DNA of 64,000 nucleotides from an uncultured delta proteobacterium (GTDB lineage: Bacteria; Myxococcota; Myxococcia; Myxococcales; Myxococcaceae): assembly GCA_963776345.1 (NCBI GenBank), contig CAVZMH010000002.1, positions 1 through 64,000 of the forward strand, in the 5' to 3' direction. Shown here piece by piece: positions 48,579 to 58,980 of this stretch (positions within the stretch are counted from its first letter, which is position 1; each line of letters starts with the position of its first letter). Under the pieces are notes generated by a model. The model had not been told where the DNA came from, did not search any database, and saw only the letters and a list, made by a program, of their open reading frames with translations. A program made the position numbers and the translations under genes.

Positions 48579-50120
48579 ATGCGACCGAAACACCGGGTGC
48601 TCCTGGCCATCCTCGACGGATGGGGCGTGCGCGCGGCGCGCGAGGACAACGCGATCCTGCTCGCCGGCACCCCCAACCTCGACCGCTTCGCCGGGAAGAT
48701 GCCTCGCACCGAGCTGCTGAGCTCCGGGCTGGCGGTGGGTCTCCCCGAGGGCCAGATGGGGAACTCGGAGGTGGGGCACACCAACATCGGCGCCGGGCGG
48801 ATCGTCTACCAGGACCTGGTGCGCATCAACCGCGCGGTCGAGCGGGGAGAGCTGGGCCACAACCCGGCCCTGGTCGCGGCGATGGACACTGCACGCTCCG
48901 GGGGGACGGCGCTACATCTGATGGGGCTCATCGGCCCCGGCGGGGTGCACGCCTCGCAGGCGCATCTGCTGGGGCTCCTGCGCGCGGCGAAGACCCGGGG
49001 CGTGGCGCGCGTCTTCGTCCACGCCTTCCTCGACGGCCGGGACACGCCGCCGATGAGCGCGCTGGGCTACCTCGAGGAGCTGGAGCGGTTCCTCCGCGAG
49101 ACCGGCACCGGGCGCATCGCGACCGTCATCGGCCGCTTCTACGCCATGGACCGAGACAAGCGCTGGGACCGCGTGCAGCAGGCGTACGAGGCGCTGGTAC
49201 GCGGCGTCGGCCGGCGGGCGCCGGGCGCGCTGGAGGCGGTGCGCGCGTCCTACGCCGAGAAGGTGGGCGACGAGTTCGTCCCGCCGACGGTGCTGGTGGA
49301 CGGCGACGCCCCGGTGGCCACCGTCCGCGATGGCGACGCGGTCATCTTCTTCAACTTCCGCGCGGACCGGGCGCGGGAGCTGACCCGCGCGCTGGCCGTC
49401 CCCGGCTTTCACGAGTTCGACCGGGGCGGGCTGCAGCTCGGCCGGATGGTCTGCATGACCCAGTACGACGAGACCCTCAATCTGCCACTGGCGTTCCCGC
49501 CCGAGCAGCCGCGGGAGATCTTCCCCGAGGTGCTGGCCGAGCAGGGCCTGACGCAGTTCCGCACCGCCGAGACCGAGAAGTACGCGCACGTCACCTTCTT
49601 CTTCAACGGCGGCCGGGAGGTGGTGTTTCCCGGCGAGGAGCGGGTCCTCATCCCCAGCCCGCGCGAGGTGAAGACGTACGACCAGAAGCCGCAGATGTCC
49701 GCGCCGGAGGTGACGTCGCGGCTGGTCCAGGCGGTGGGCTCGGGGAAGTACGACTTCCTCCTGGTCAACTACGCCAACCCGGACATGGTCGGGCACACCG
49801 GCAACCTGGACGCGGCGATCGAGGCGGTCCGGGTTGTCGACACCTGCCTCGGCCAGGTCGCGGACGCGTGCGCCCGGGCCAACATCGTGCTGGTCATCAC
49901 CGCCGACCACGGGAACTGCGAGCAGATGCGCGACCCGGTGACGGGGCAGCCGCACACCGCGCACACCACGAACCCGGTGCCGTTCCATCTGGTGCATCCG
50001 GACTTCGCCGGGGCGAAGCTGCGGAGCGGGGGAATCCTCGCGGACGTGGCGCCCACGCTGCTGCAGATCATGGGGCTTCCGCAGCCGAAGGAGATGGACC
50101 GGAACAGCCTGCTCGTCTGA
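48579..50120 (+). CDS. gpmI: 2,3-bisphosphoglycerate-independent phosphoglycerate mutase
   Basis: ILDGWG, GQMGNSEVGH, DGRD, AETEKYAHVTFFFNGG, NPDMVGHTG, TADHGN. Confidence 0.98.
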   Translation: MRPKHRVLLAILDGWGVRAAREDNAILLAGTPNLDRFAGKMPRTELLSSGLAVGLPEGQMGNSEVGHTNIGAGRIVYQDLVRINRAVERGELGHNPALVAAMDTARSGGTALHLMGLIGPGGVHASQAHLLGLLRAAKTRGVARVFVHAFLDGRDTPPMSALGYLEELERFLRETGTGRIATVIGRFYAMDRDKRWDRVQQAYEALVRGVGRRAPGALEAVRASYAEKVGDEFVPPTVLVDGDAPVATVRDGDAVIFFNFRADRARELTRALAVPGFHEFDRGGLQLGRMVCMTQYDETLNLPLAFPPEQPREIFPEVLAEQGLTQFRTAETEKYAHVTFFFNGGREVVFPGEERVLIPSPREVKTYDQKPQMSAPEVTSRLVQAVGSGKYDFLLVNYANPDMVGHTGNLDAAIEAVRVVDTCLGQVADACARANIVLVITADHGNCEQMRDPVTGQPHTAHTTNPVPFHLVHPDFAGAKLRSGGILADVAPTLLQIMGLPQPKEMDRNSLLV

Positions 50121-50361
50121 GCGGGACATCGACGTGGGCGCCCCGACAGCGGCCGGAGGTGTCCCTGGGCATCCTGCTCGGCGGACCCTTCAGTCTCGGC
50201 GGACGGTGCCTCCGACCGCTCCTACCGGGGCGCACCGGGAACCTGGGCGCACGCCACCGTTCGTGACCCTTCCCCGCCCGAAGTCGGCCGGCAGGCCACC
50301 GGCCTGGAACGCAGGCATCGACCGCTGACTGTCATATCTATCCGGACTTACACTAGTTTTT

Positions 50362-50460
50362 GAGGTGTCAAACACCTCGTTACCGAGTTACCGGTTACCG
50401 ACCGTGACCAGCTGACCACGAGGTACCAAACACCTCGTGACCGACCTCGTGACCGGACCT
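50362..50460. repeat. Two variant palindromes (GAGGTGTCAAACACCTC 50362-50378; GAGGTACCAAACACCTC 50420-50436) with GTTACCG/GTGACC short repeats
   Basis: Read directly from the sequence. Confidence 0.7.
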
Positions 50461-50538
50461 CGGCGCCCTGGCCCGAGGTCTCGTCGGGCCCCGAGCATCC
50501 GCCGGAGCGGGGTCCGGGCCTTGCTGTGGCGGGACCGG

Positions 50539-51276
50539 ATGTCCCTCGTGGCCGAGCTGCTCGCGCTGGTCTTCCCTCCGGCCTGCGCCGCCTGTGGCGA
50601 GGTCCTGGAGCAGGAGGCGCCCCTCTGTCCGCTGTGCACGCTGGCGACCGAGCCCGTGCCGCTCCCGGGGTGCCCGCGGTGCGGGGAACCCGTCGAGCGT
50701 CCCGGCGCGTGCGTCCGCTGCCGCCGCGCGCCGCCGCGGTTCGTCTCGGCCCACGCGCCCTTCGTGCATACCGGTCCGCTCGCCCGCGCCATCCACCGGT
50801 TCAAGTACGAGGGGCACAGCGCGCTCGCGCTCCCCCTGGCGCGGGCGCTCGCCGCCGGGTCCGGGCCCTGGCTCGGTCTGCTGCAGCGCCTCGGCCCCCC
50901 GCCCACGCTCGTTCCCATCCCGCTCCATCGCGGTCGGCTGCTAGGTCGCGGGTACGACCAGGCGGCCCTCCTCACCCGCGCGCTGGCCCGCGCCACCGGC
51001 CTCCCGCTGTGCTCGACCCTGCTCCGGCGCATCCGCGCCACCCGGCGGCAAGTGGGGCTCACCGAGGCCGAGCGCACCGAGAACGTGCACGGCGCCTTCG
51101 CGGTCACCGGGCCGCTCCCCGGAGGGCCGGTGGTGCTGGTCGACGACGTCTTCACCACCGGCGCCACCGCCCGGGCCGCGACCGCCGTTCTCCGCGAGGC
51201 CGGAGCCCGAGGGGTGTACGTCCTCACCCTGGCCCGGGCGGTCGGGGAAGCGAACCCCGGGCGCTTCGGGTTATGA
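50539..51276 (+). CDS. comF: ComF family protein (double zinc ribbon + PRTase)
   Basis: FPPACAAC, CPRC, PIPLH..RGYDQ, LVDDVFTTGAT. Confidence 0.9.
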   Translation: MSLVAELLALVFPPACAACGEVLEQEAPLCPLCTLATEPVPLPGCPRCGEPVERPGACVRCRRAPPRFVSAHAPFVHTGPLARAIHRFKYEGHSALALPLARALAAGSGPWLGLLQRLGPPPTLVPIPLHRGRLLGRGYDQAALLTRALARATGLPLCSTLLRRIRATRRQVGLTEAERTENVHGAFAVTGPLPGGPVVLVDDVFTTGATARAATAVLREAGARGVYVLTLARAVGEANPGRFGL

Positions 51277-51336
51277 CGGGGGAACGCGGCCCCGGACCAG
51301 CGCACTGGCTCCCGCACCCGCATCAGACGAGCCACC

Positions 51337-54300
51337 GTGGTCTCCAGCCTCCTTCTCTCGGCCTTCCTCGCCGCAGCGTCCGCTCCGCCTCCCGTCGCCG
51401 ACCCGCTCCCCGCCGAGGCCCAGCGCCGCGCAAACGAGGCGCTCGCCCAGTCCCGCTCGGTGCGCGGCGCCGCCGCGCTGATCCGGCTTCGCGGGCTCCG
51501 GGACGACCTCGCCGACCCGCGCCCGGTCGACACCACGCTCGCCCGCATCGCCGCCGACGGCCGCGCCGAGCCCTTCACCCGCACCCTGGCCCGTCAGCTC
51601 CTGGCGGACATCGACGTCTTGCAGGGTCGGGTGGACGCGGCAGAGCGCCGCCTGCACGCGCTCGGGTACCTGCAGGACGTCTACGTCCTCGGCGGCTTCG
51701 AGAACGAGGGCAAGACGGGCTGCGACACCGACTTCGGGCCGGAGGCGACGCTCGACCTGGACGCCTCGCTCCAGGCCAAGGGCCACCTCGCCCGCTGGCG
51801 GAAGGCGCCGGCGCGCTCGCTCGACGGCGGGATCGACCTCGGCGCCATGGTTCGCCCCTCCCGGGGCGTCGTGGCCTACGTGCTCGCGCTGCTGGACGAG
51901 CCGGCGCCCCGCCGCACCGTCCTCGCGCTCGGCACCTCCGGCGGGTTCCGCCTCTGGGTGAACGGCGAGAAGGCGGCCAGCGGCGACGCCTACCACCCCG
52001 CCCGGCCGGACCAGGACCGCGTCTCGGTGCAGCTCCGTGCCGGGGTGAACCGAGTGCTGCTCAAGGTCTGTCACGAGGACAGCGGCGTGCTCGGCGCCTA
52101 CCTCCGCGACGAGTCCGCGCGCGCCCGGGCGGTGACTCCCGGAACGCTCCCCGCGCTCCCCTCCGGCCCGGCGGTCTCGGTCAGCAAGCTCCCGACGCTG
52201 AGAAGCGCGCTGGAGGCCGAGGTGGCCCGGCGTCCGGACGATGGCCGGCTACGGGCCGACCTCGGCCAGGTGCTGGAGGCGACGCAGTCCTTCGAGGCGC
52301 GCGACCACGCCGACACCGTGGCCGCAGACCGGGCCGCGGCGGATGCCGCACGCCACGGCCATCCGGACCCGCGCATCGAGCTGCTCGCCGCCCGGCTCCA
52401 GCACGACGACAACCTCCGCCGCCGGCATCTCGAGACGGCGCTCGCCGCAGCCCCGGATCTGCTCGAGGCGCGGCTGATGCTCGCCCGCGCCGAGCTCGCC
52501 CAGGGGCACCCGGAGCGGGTGCTCACCCTGCTCCAGCCGGTGGTGCAGCGGTGGAAGGCCTTCGTCCCCGCGCAGGTCCTCCTCGCGCGCGCCGAGGACG
52601 ACCTCGGCGACGGCGTCTCCGCCACCCGGCGCATCGAGGCCCTTCCGGCCTCGGCCTGGCGCGTCCCGGAGGCGGGCCGGGAGCGAGTGCGCAGCGCGCG
52701 GCGCCTCGACCGATCCGACGAGGCCCTGGGGCGACTCCGCAGCGTGCTCGAGGCGCGTCCGGGAGACGGCGCGAGCCTCTCGCTCCTCGCGGAGATGCTG
52801 GCCGATCGCGGGGACGTGGCCGGCGCCGCCGACGCGCTCCGGAAGGCGCTCCGGCTGTCGCCCACCAGCAACGACGTCCGCCTGCGCCTCGCCGAGCTCC
52901 TCGCCTCCAACGGACGGCTGGACGAGGGGCTGGCGCTGTTCTCCGAGGCCGAGACGCTCTGCCCCGACGAGCCCGAGGTGTTCGAGCGCAAGGGCCGCGC
53001 CCTGCTCTACGCCGGCCGGAAGGCCGCCGCGCTCGAGGCGCTGGAGCGCTCGCTGGTGCTCCGTCCCCAGAACCCCGGGCTCCGCGATGCGGTCCGGGCG
53101 CTCCGGGGGAGCGAGACCTCCGCCGCGACCACCGACGCCATCGACGTCCGGCCGCTGGTCGCGGAGGCGGACAGCTACGCCGAGGACGCGGTGACGCTCG
53201 CCGACGTCACCCGGGTGCGCGTGCAGCGGAGCGGGCTCTCCAGCCGCTTCCACCAGCTGGCGGTGAAGGTCTACACCCGCCGCGGGGTGGACGCGTTCCG
53301 GAGCTACCCCATCACCTACAGCCCGAGCCGCGAGGAGGTGCGCATCCTCCGCGCGCGCATCACCAAGCCGGACGGCTCGCTGGTGGAGAGCTTCGGGGAC
53401 ACCAACCGCAGCCTGAACGAGCCCTGGTCCGGGATGTACTACGACGCGCAGGCCAAGATGCTCACCTTCCCGGGACTCGCCCCAGGGGACCTGCTCGAGC
53501 TGCAGTACCGGGTCGAGGACACCGCGAGCGACAACCTCCTCTCCGACTACTGGGGGGACCTCGCGTACGTGCAGGGCATCACTCCGAAGCTCCGCTGGGA
53601 GTACGTGGTCGACATGCCGGCAGGGCGCGCCCTGTACTGGAACGAGAAGACGCTGGGCGCCGGAGTCAGCGCCCGCCGCGAGCCCGCCACCGACGGCCGG
53701 GTGCTCTACCGCTTCGAGGCCAAACGCGTCTCACGGGTCACGCCCGAGCCGGGCATGCCGGGGTGGTCCGAGGTCGCCGCCACGCTCCACGTCTCGACCT
53801 ACCGGACGTGGGAGGAGGTGGGGCGGTACTACTGGAGCCTGATCCGCGACCAGCTGGTGCCCGACGACAGCATCCGCCGCGCCGCCGAGGGCGCGCTGGG
53901 GGGCGTGGACCGGAAGGACACCCGGGCGGTGGTGCGCGCGCTCTACGAGTACGTGGTGAAGAACACCCGCTACGTGGCGCTGGAGTTCGGGATCCACGGA
54001 TACAAGCCATACCGCGTGGACCGGGTGCTGGCGCGGCGCTTCGGCGACTGCAAGGACAAGGCGTCGCTCCTGCACGCGCTCCTCGAGGTCTCCGGGGTGG
54101 ACAGCCGCATCGTCCTGCTCCGGATGCGCCAGCTCGGCGCCGTCCCGCCCGAGCCCGCCTCGCTCGCCGTCTTCAACCACGCCATCGTCTACGTGCCGTC
54201 GCTCGACTGGTACCTGGACGGCACCGCCGAGTTCCACGGCGCGACCGAGCTGCCCATCCCCGACCGCCGGGCGAGCGTGCTGATCGTCGAGCCCGACGGG

Positions 54301-55047
54301 AAGAGCCGCTTCACCGTCACCCCCGAGGCCCGGCCGGAGGACAACGTCACCGACGTGCAGCTCGACCTGGCGCTCCGGCCCGGCGGCGCCGCCGAGGTGA
54401 AGGGCGAGAGCCGGGTGCGCGGGAGCGCCGCCCCCGAGTACCGCCGCAGCTACCAGTCCGCAGCCACGCGCCGCACCACCTTCGAGCAGGGCTGGGCCCA
54501 GACCTTTCCGGGCCTGAGCGTGGACAAGGTGTCGATCAGCGACCTGAACCGGCTCGACCAGGACGTGGCGCTCGACTACGAGCTGAGCATCCCGCGCTAC
54601 GCCGAGGCGGGCGGGGATACGCTGCGCTTCCTGCCCTTCGGCAGCCGCCGCGGCTACGTCGAGACGTACGCCGGGCTCACCGAGCGCCGGGGCGACCTGG
54701 TCCTCGACGGACCCAGCGTGAGCCGCTTCACCTTCCGCTACCGGCTTCCGCCGGGGTGGAGCGTGGACGCCCTGCCGCCCGACGTCACCACCACCACCGG
54801 CTTCGGGCGCCTGTCGCTGGTCTACGTCGTGGAGCAGGGCCTGCTGGTCTGCCGGGGCGAGCTGGTGTTCACCCGGGACCGCGTCTCGGCCAGCGAGTAT
54901 CCGGCGTTTCGCGCCTTCGTCGCCCAGGTGGACCAGGCGTTCGCCCGGAAGGTGCTGGTCCGGGGCCCGAGGAAGTCCATCCAGCCGCAGCGGGCCACGC
55001 GCCCGTCCGCCGGCGGCGCGCCGCTCGCCCTCGCGGCCACCCCATGA
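51337..55047 (+). CDS. TPR + DUF3857 + transglutaminase-like domain secreted protein
   Basis: TPR block, RYVALEFG..RRFGDCKDKA, FNHAI, YLDGT. Confidence 0.85.
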   Translation: MVSSLLLSAFLAAASAPPPVADPLPAEAQRRANEALAQSRSVRGAAALIRLRGLRDDLADPRPVDTTLARIAADGRAEPFTRTLARQLLADIDVLQGRVDAAERRLHALGYLQDVYVLGGFENEGKTGCDTDFGPEATLDLDASLQAKGHLARWRKAPARSLDGGIDLGAMVRPSRGVVAYVLALLDEPAPRRTVLALGTSGGFRLWVNGEKAASGDAYHPARPDQDRVSVQLRAGVNRVLLKVCHEDSGVLGAYLRDESARARAVTPGTLPALPSGPAVSVSKLPTLRSALEAEVARRPDDGRLRADLGQVLEATQSFEARDHADTVAADRAAADAARHGHPDPRIELLAARLQHDDNLRRRHLETALAAAPDLLEARLMLARAELAQGHPERVLTLLQPVVQRWKAFVPAQVLLARAEDDLGDGVSATRRIEALPASAWRVPEAGRERVRSARRLDRSDEALGRLRSVLEARPGDGASLSLLAEMLADRGDVAGAADALRKALRLSPTSNDVRLRLAELLASNGRLDEGLALFSEAETLCPDEPEVFERKGRALLYAGRKAAALEALERSLVLRPQNPGLRDAVRALRGSETSAATTDAIDVRPLVAEADSYAEDAVTLADVTRVRVQRSGLSSRFHQLAVKVYTRRGVDAFRSYPITYSPSREEVRILRARITKPDGSLVESFGDTNRSLNEPWSGMYYDAQAKMLTFPGLAPGDLLELQYRVEDTASDNLLSDYWGDLAYVQGITPKLRWEYVVDMPAGRALYWNEKTLGAGVSARREPATDGRVLYRFEAKRVSRVTPEPGMPGWSEVAATLHVSTYRTWEEVGRYYWSLIRDQLVPDDSIRRAAEGALGGVDRKDTRAVVRALYEYVVKNTRYVALEFGIHGYKPYRVDRVLARRFGDCKDKASLLHALLEVSGVDSRIVLLRMRQLGAVPPEPASLAVFNHAIVYVPSLDWYLDGTAEFHGATELPIPDRRASVLIVEPDGKSRFTVTPEARPEDNVTDVQLDLALRPGGAAEVKGESRVRGSAAPEYRRSYQSAATRRTTFEQGWAQTFPGLSVDKVSISDLNRLDQDVALDYELSIPRYAEAGGDTLRFLPFGSRRGYVETYAGLTERRGDLVLDGPSVSRFTFRYRLPPGWSVDALPPDVTTTTGFGRLSLVYVVEQGLLVCRGELVFTRDRVSASEYPAFRAFVAQVDQAFARKVLVRGPRKSIQPQRATRPSAGGAPLALAATP

Positions 55048-55790
55048 GCCAAGTCTCCCAGCCACCGCTCCAGCTGACCGTCGCCATCTGCGCCTACGTG
55101 CTGCTCGTGGTCTGGGCCACCTTGCGCGGGCTGGACACGGGTCTGCGGCGGTCCGGCTGCGCGGGGCCGATTCGCCGGAGCCTCCTGGCGCGCCTCGGCG
55201 CGTTGCTCGGGACGTGGTTCCTGGCGATCACCGCGGCGGCGGTCTCCGGCGCGTGGCTCGATCCGGGAGTCCCCCGGGCGCTCGGGTATCTGGTACCAGC
55301 CCTCCTCCTCTCGCTGGTGCTCTGGCGGGCGGGCTGGCTCCAGGCCGCGGTCCAGACGCTGTCACCGGCCGCGATTCCCTGGCTGCAGACGATGCGCATC
55401 GGCGGCGGGCTCACCCTGTTCGCGGCCTGGGCCTCGGGCCTCGCGCCCTGGGGCTGGGTGGCGACGGCGGGGACCGGAGACATCCTGGTGGGGCTCGGCG
55501 CGGTGGCGGTCGCCCTGCTGCTCGGCACCGGCCTCGCCTGGTCCCGGACCGCGGCCCAGGTGTGGAACGTGTTCGGGCTGGTGGACATGGCCCACACCAT
55601 GGTCCGCGGGCTGCTCTCGGCGCCGGGGCCGCAGCAGCGCTTCTTCGAGAACCCGCCCAACCTCGTGCCGGCGATCTTCCCGTTCATCTACCTGCCGGCG
55701 TTCATCGTCCCGCTCACCATCCTGCTGCACATCCTGTCGCTGCAGCAGCTCGCACGGATGGGCCGGCTCACCCCGGCCTCTACCCGGTGA
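55044..55790 (+). CDS. Hypothetical membrane protein
   Basis: Multiple TMs, Q..RI..GDILVG..WNVFGLVD..P.FIVPL..H; ATGA overlap with the upstream gene. Confidence 0.7.
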   Translation: MSQVSQPPLQLTVAICAYVLLVVWATLRGLDTGLRRSGCAGPIRRSLLARLGALLGTWFLAITAAAVSGAWLDPGVPRALGYLVPALLLSLVLWRAGWLQAAVQTLSPAAIPWLQTMRIGGGLTLFAAWASGLAPWGWVATAGTGDILVGLGAVAVALLLGTGLAWSRTAAQVWNVFGLVDMAHTMVRGLLSAPGPQQRFFENPPNLVPAIFPFIYLPAFIVPLTILLHILSLQQLARMGRLTPASTR

Positions 55791-56196
55791 AGAGCAGGCG
55801 GGCCTCGCCGCCGACCTCGCCCTGGACCACCGCCACCTGACCGAAGCGGCGGGCGAGCGCACGGGCCTCCTCCGGATCGAGATCGAGGACGCAGAGGCTC
55901 TCCTCGACCCAGTCGCGTCCGGGTGACTCGCCGCGGGCCGGCCAGGCGACCCGTCCGGGGCGGTCGAGCGCGGCGGTGAGCGCCCGCTGGGCGGCGGCGT
56001 TCTCCGGCTCGCTCCGGGGCACGCTGCCCGGATTCCACGCGGTCAGCACCACCCAGGAACGGCGGGAGGACCCGGTGAGCCGCGCGTCGAGCTCCGGGTG
56101 GCGCTGGCCGATGCGGAGCACGAGCTCGGGCGAGCCGGGCGGGAACACCCGGTAGAGGCTCTCGAGATAGGCCTGCACGAGCGTCGGGTCGACCAT
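55780..56196 (-). CDS. DUF3293 domain protein
   Basis: AYLES.Y, LTAWNPGS..EN, WVEES, ARRFGQ. Confidence 0.8.
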   Translation of the reverse strand: MVDPTLVQAYLESLYRVFPPGSPELVLRIGQRHPELDARLTGSSRRSWVVLTAWNPGSVPRSEPENAAAQRALTAALDRPGRVAWPARGESPGRDWVEESLCVLDLDPEEARALARRFGQVAVVQGEVGGEARLLFTG

Positions 56197-56245
56197 GCGG
56201 CCTGGCGAGGATGCTCCGGGCGCGCGGCCGACGGAAGCGCTCGAG

Positions 56246-57508
56246 CTACTCGGTGCGCATGGCCTCGACGGGGTCCAGCCGCGCCGCCCGGGCCGCCGGG
56301 TAGATGCCGAACAGGAGCCCCACGCCAGAGCTCATCACCAGCGCGAGCATCACCGCCCAGGTCGGGACGGAGGTGGGAAAGCTGAACGCCCAGCGGGCGA
56401 GGAAGGCCACCAGGCCGCCTCCCAGCACGCCCAGCACCCCCCCCACCAGCGAGAGCATGATCGCCTCGGTCGCAAACTGGCCGAGGATGCGGTGCCGCCG
56501 CGCCCCGAGCGCCTTCCGGACCCCGATCTCCTGGGTCCGCTCGGTGACCGAGACCAGCATGATGTTGAGGATGCCGATCCCGCCCACGATGAGCGACAGG
56601 AGGCACACCCCGAAGCTCGCCGCGGTCACCACCGAGGAGATCTGGTTGAAGGCCTGGGTGGCCGACTCGTTGGAGAAGATGAAGAAGTCGTCCTCCTGCT
56701 CGGGCTTGAGGTTGTGGCGCCGGCGCATGAGCTGCCGCACCTCCTCCATCGCCCGGGGCAGGAGCTCGGTCGAGACCGCCTGCATGCTGATGTTCAGCGA
56801 CCGGTTCTTCCCCCACAGCTGGAAGAAGGCGTTGACCGGGATCACCACCACGTCGTCCTGCTGGAAGCCGCCGACGAAGGCTCCCTTGCGCTTGATGAGG
56901 CCGATGACCCGGAAGGGTCGGGTGCGGATCCGGACCTCCTGACCGATGGGATCCACCTGGGGGAAGAGCACCTCGGCCACGTTCGACCCGAGCACGACCA
57001 GGCGCTCTCCGTCGGCGACCTCCTTCACGTTGAAGGAGCGCCCGGAGGCGATGTCCATGGCGTTGGTGAGGAAGAAGTCGGCGGTGCCGCCGGCGATCTG
57101 GATGTTGGGCCGCGTCTCGTAGCGGTCGGTGGAGACCTTCACCCCGAAGTCCCAGGCCTCGCCGGTGGTGGCGATGACGTCCGGGAGCCGGCGCTCGATG
57201 TCGTCCCGGTCCTCGATGGTGAGGTTGGGCCTCTTCGAGAGGCGATCGAAGTCGAAGTTACCGAAACCATTGGGGAACTTCTGGATCTGGAACCCGTTGG
57301 ACCCGAGGCCGGTCAGGTCCTCGTCGACCTTGTTCCGCAGCCCCTCGAGCAGGGCCATCATCGAGACCACGGTGGCCGCCCCGATGACGATGCCCAGCAA
57401 GGTCAGCAGCGAGCGGAGCCGGTGTCCCCAGAACGTGGAGAACGCCAGCCGGAAGTTGTCGATCAGCGCGCGCACCCACAGTGCCTGACGGCCCGTCATG
57501 TCCCCCAT
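56246..57508 (-). CDS. MacB/FtsX-type ABC permease
   Basis: RSLLTLLGIVIG, VGGIGILNIMLVSVTERTQEIGVRKALGA, YPAARAARLDPVEAMR. Confidence 0.9.
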   Translation of the reverse strand: MGDMTGRQALWVRALIDNFRLAFSTFWGHRLRSLLTLLGIVIGAATVVSMMALLEGLRNKVDEDLTGLGSNGFQIQKFPNGFGNFDFDRLSKRPNLTIEDRDDIERRLPDVIATTGEAWDFGVKVSTDRYETRPNIQIAGGTADFFLTNAMDIASGRSFNVKEVADGERLVVLGSNVAEVLFPQVDPIGQEVRIRTRPFRVIGLIKRKGAFVGGFQQDDVVVIPVNAFFQLWGKNRSLNISMQAVSTELLPRAMEEVRQLMRRRHNLKPEQEDDFFIFSNESATQAFNQISSVVTAASFGVCLLSLIVGGIGILNIMLVSVTERTQEIGVRKALGARRHRILGQFATEAIMLSLVGGVLGVLGGGLVAFLARWAFSFPTSVPTWAVMLALVMSSGVGLLFGIYPAARAARLDPVEAMRTE

Positions 57509-57567
57509 TGCAGCAGATCCCTGCACCGGGCGCGCGGCTGGCCGGGCGGGAGAGCCCGGAGGGCGCC

Positions 57568-58542
57568 CTACCTCCCGAAGGCGAGCGAGGCGCTGGTCCT
57601 CTCGGCCGGCACCCAGCGCTGCAGCGGATAGCCCTCGGACACCCACGCGGCGTAGCCGCCCTCCAGGGGCCGGACCCGGTCGATGCCTCGTCGCTTCAGC
57701 CGGAGCGCCACCCGGGCGCTCGTCCACTCATCGGGTCAACTGCAGAAGAGGACCACCGGGCGGCTGCGGGCAATCTCCCCGTGCCGCCGGTCCAGCTCGT
57801 CCGGCGAGATGTGGAGCGCACCCGGCAGCGTGCTGCCCGACTCCTCCAGCTCGCGCCGGTGCCGCAGGTCCACCAGCACCAGGTCCTCGCCCCCGTCGAG
57901 CAGCCGCTTCAGCTCGACGGGCGACAGCCGCGCCACCCGGAGCGCGGTCCGGAAGCGCAACCGCTGGAGGAACTTCCACCCGAGGTACAGGGCGAACCCC
58001 GCGGCGAGGACGCCCGCCGCCGAGCCCGCGTAGGCCATCGCCAGCTCGAGCGCGCGGAAGAACGGGCCACCCGCGAGCCAGCCCAGGCCCACGAACGTCG
58101 TCGCCCAGAAGAAGTCCCCCATCGCGTCCAGCCCCAGGAAGCGCCGGAGCCGCATCCCCGACATCCCGGCCAGCGGCGGCGCGAGGGTGGTCAGCCCCGG
58201 GATGAAGGGGGCGATCACCAGCGCCCGCGCGCCGTAGCGGGTGAACGCGTTCTCGGTCCGCTGCACGCAGCTGTCGGGCTCGAGCGAGACGCGGCAGATC
58301 AGCCGCAGCACGCGGTTGCCCCAGCGACGGCCGGCGAGGAACCAGGCCGAGTGCCCCAGCGACGCCGCCACCGTGGCGAGGACGATCGGCACCGCGAGCG
58401 TCCCCTGACCGAGCCGCGCCAGGGCCCCCGAGGCGATGAGCCAGGGCGTGCACGGGATGGGCACCCCGCCCTGCTCGAGGAGCACGCTCGCGAAGACCAG
58501 CAGCGGTCCGTACGTCTGGAGGAACTCGATGCTGGCGTTCAC
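57568..58542 (-). CDS. DedA/VTT-rhodanese fusion selenoprotein; in-frame TGA 57736-57738 read as Sec (FCS-U-P)
   Basis: DedA domain (EQGGVPIP, RLICRVSLEPDSCV). The rhodanese domain continues past TGA as PDEWTSARVALRLKRRGIDRVRPLEGGYAAW..GYP to TAG at 57568-57570. Confidence 0.88.
57703..57721 (-). promoter_or_regulatory. Putative bacterial SECIS hairpin
   Basis: GAGCGCC-(CGGGT)-GGCGCTC perfect 7-bp stem starting 14 nt after the UGA. Confidence 0.75.
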
Positions 58543-58665
58543 GGCGGGTGGAACCTCCGGCGGCACCCGCGGGCGGGTGCAGAGCGGCGTGTGTAGCCGG
58601 ACCGGCGCCCCACCGCCACCGTGTCACCCTCGGGGGGTGGCCGTTGCAGACCGCCCGCGTCGGGG

Positions 58666-58893
58666 CTAGTTGGGGCGGGCCGACGGAGGCTGCCCGATCA
58701 GGTGGACCACCTCGTCCACCCGGACCGGCAGCTTTCCGCCCTTCCGCTCCAGGGCGAGCGAGAGCTTCCGGTGGTCGGACCGCGTCAGCCGCCGGTCGAG
58801 CACCACGTCCACCATGTACTCGAGCGAGTCGACGCCGAGCACCATCCCCACGCTGAACAGCATCAGCTCATCCGGGTCCACGTAGGCCGACAT
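58666..58893 (-). CDS. Small hypothetical protein
   Basis: MSAYVDPDELMLFSVGMVLG..; coding-like codons. Confidence 0.55.
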   Translation of the reverse strand: MSAYVDPDELMLFSVGMVLGVDSLEYMVDVVLDRRLTRSDHRKLSLALERKGGKLPVRVDEVVHLIGQPPSARPN

Positions 58894-58980
58894 GGCACCT
58901 GGAAGCCTTTGCAAGGAAGGATCCGACGGGACGCCGCCCCGGGAAGCGGGGGGCGGCCAGACCTGTTAGGGGTCCCAACC

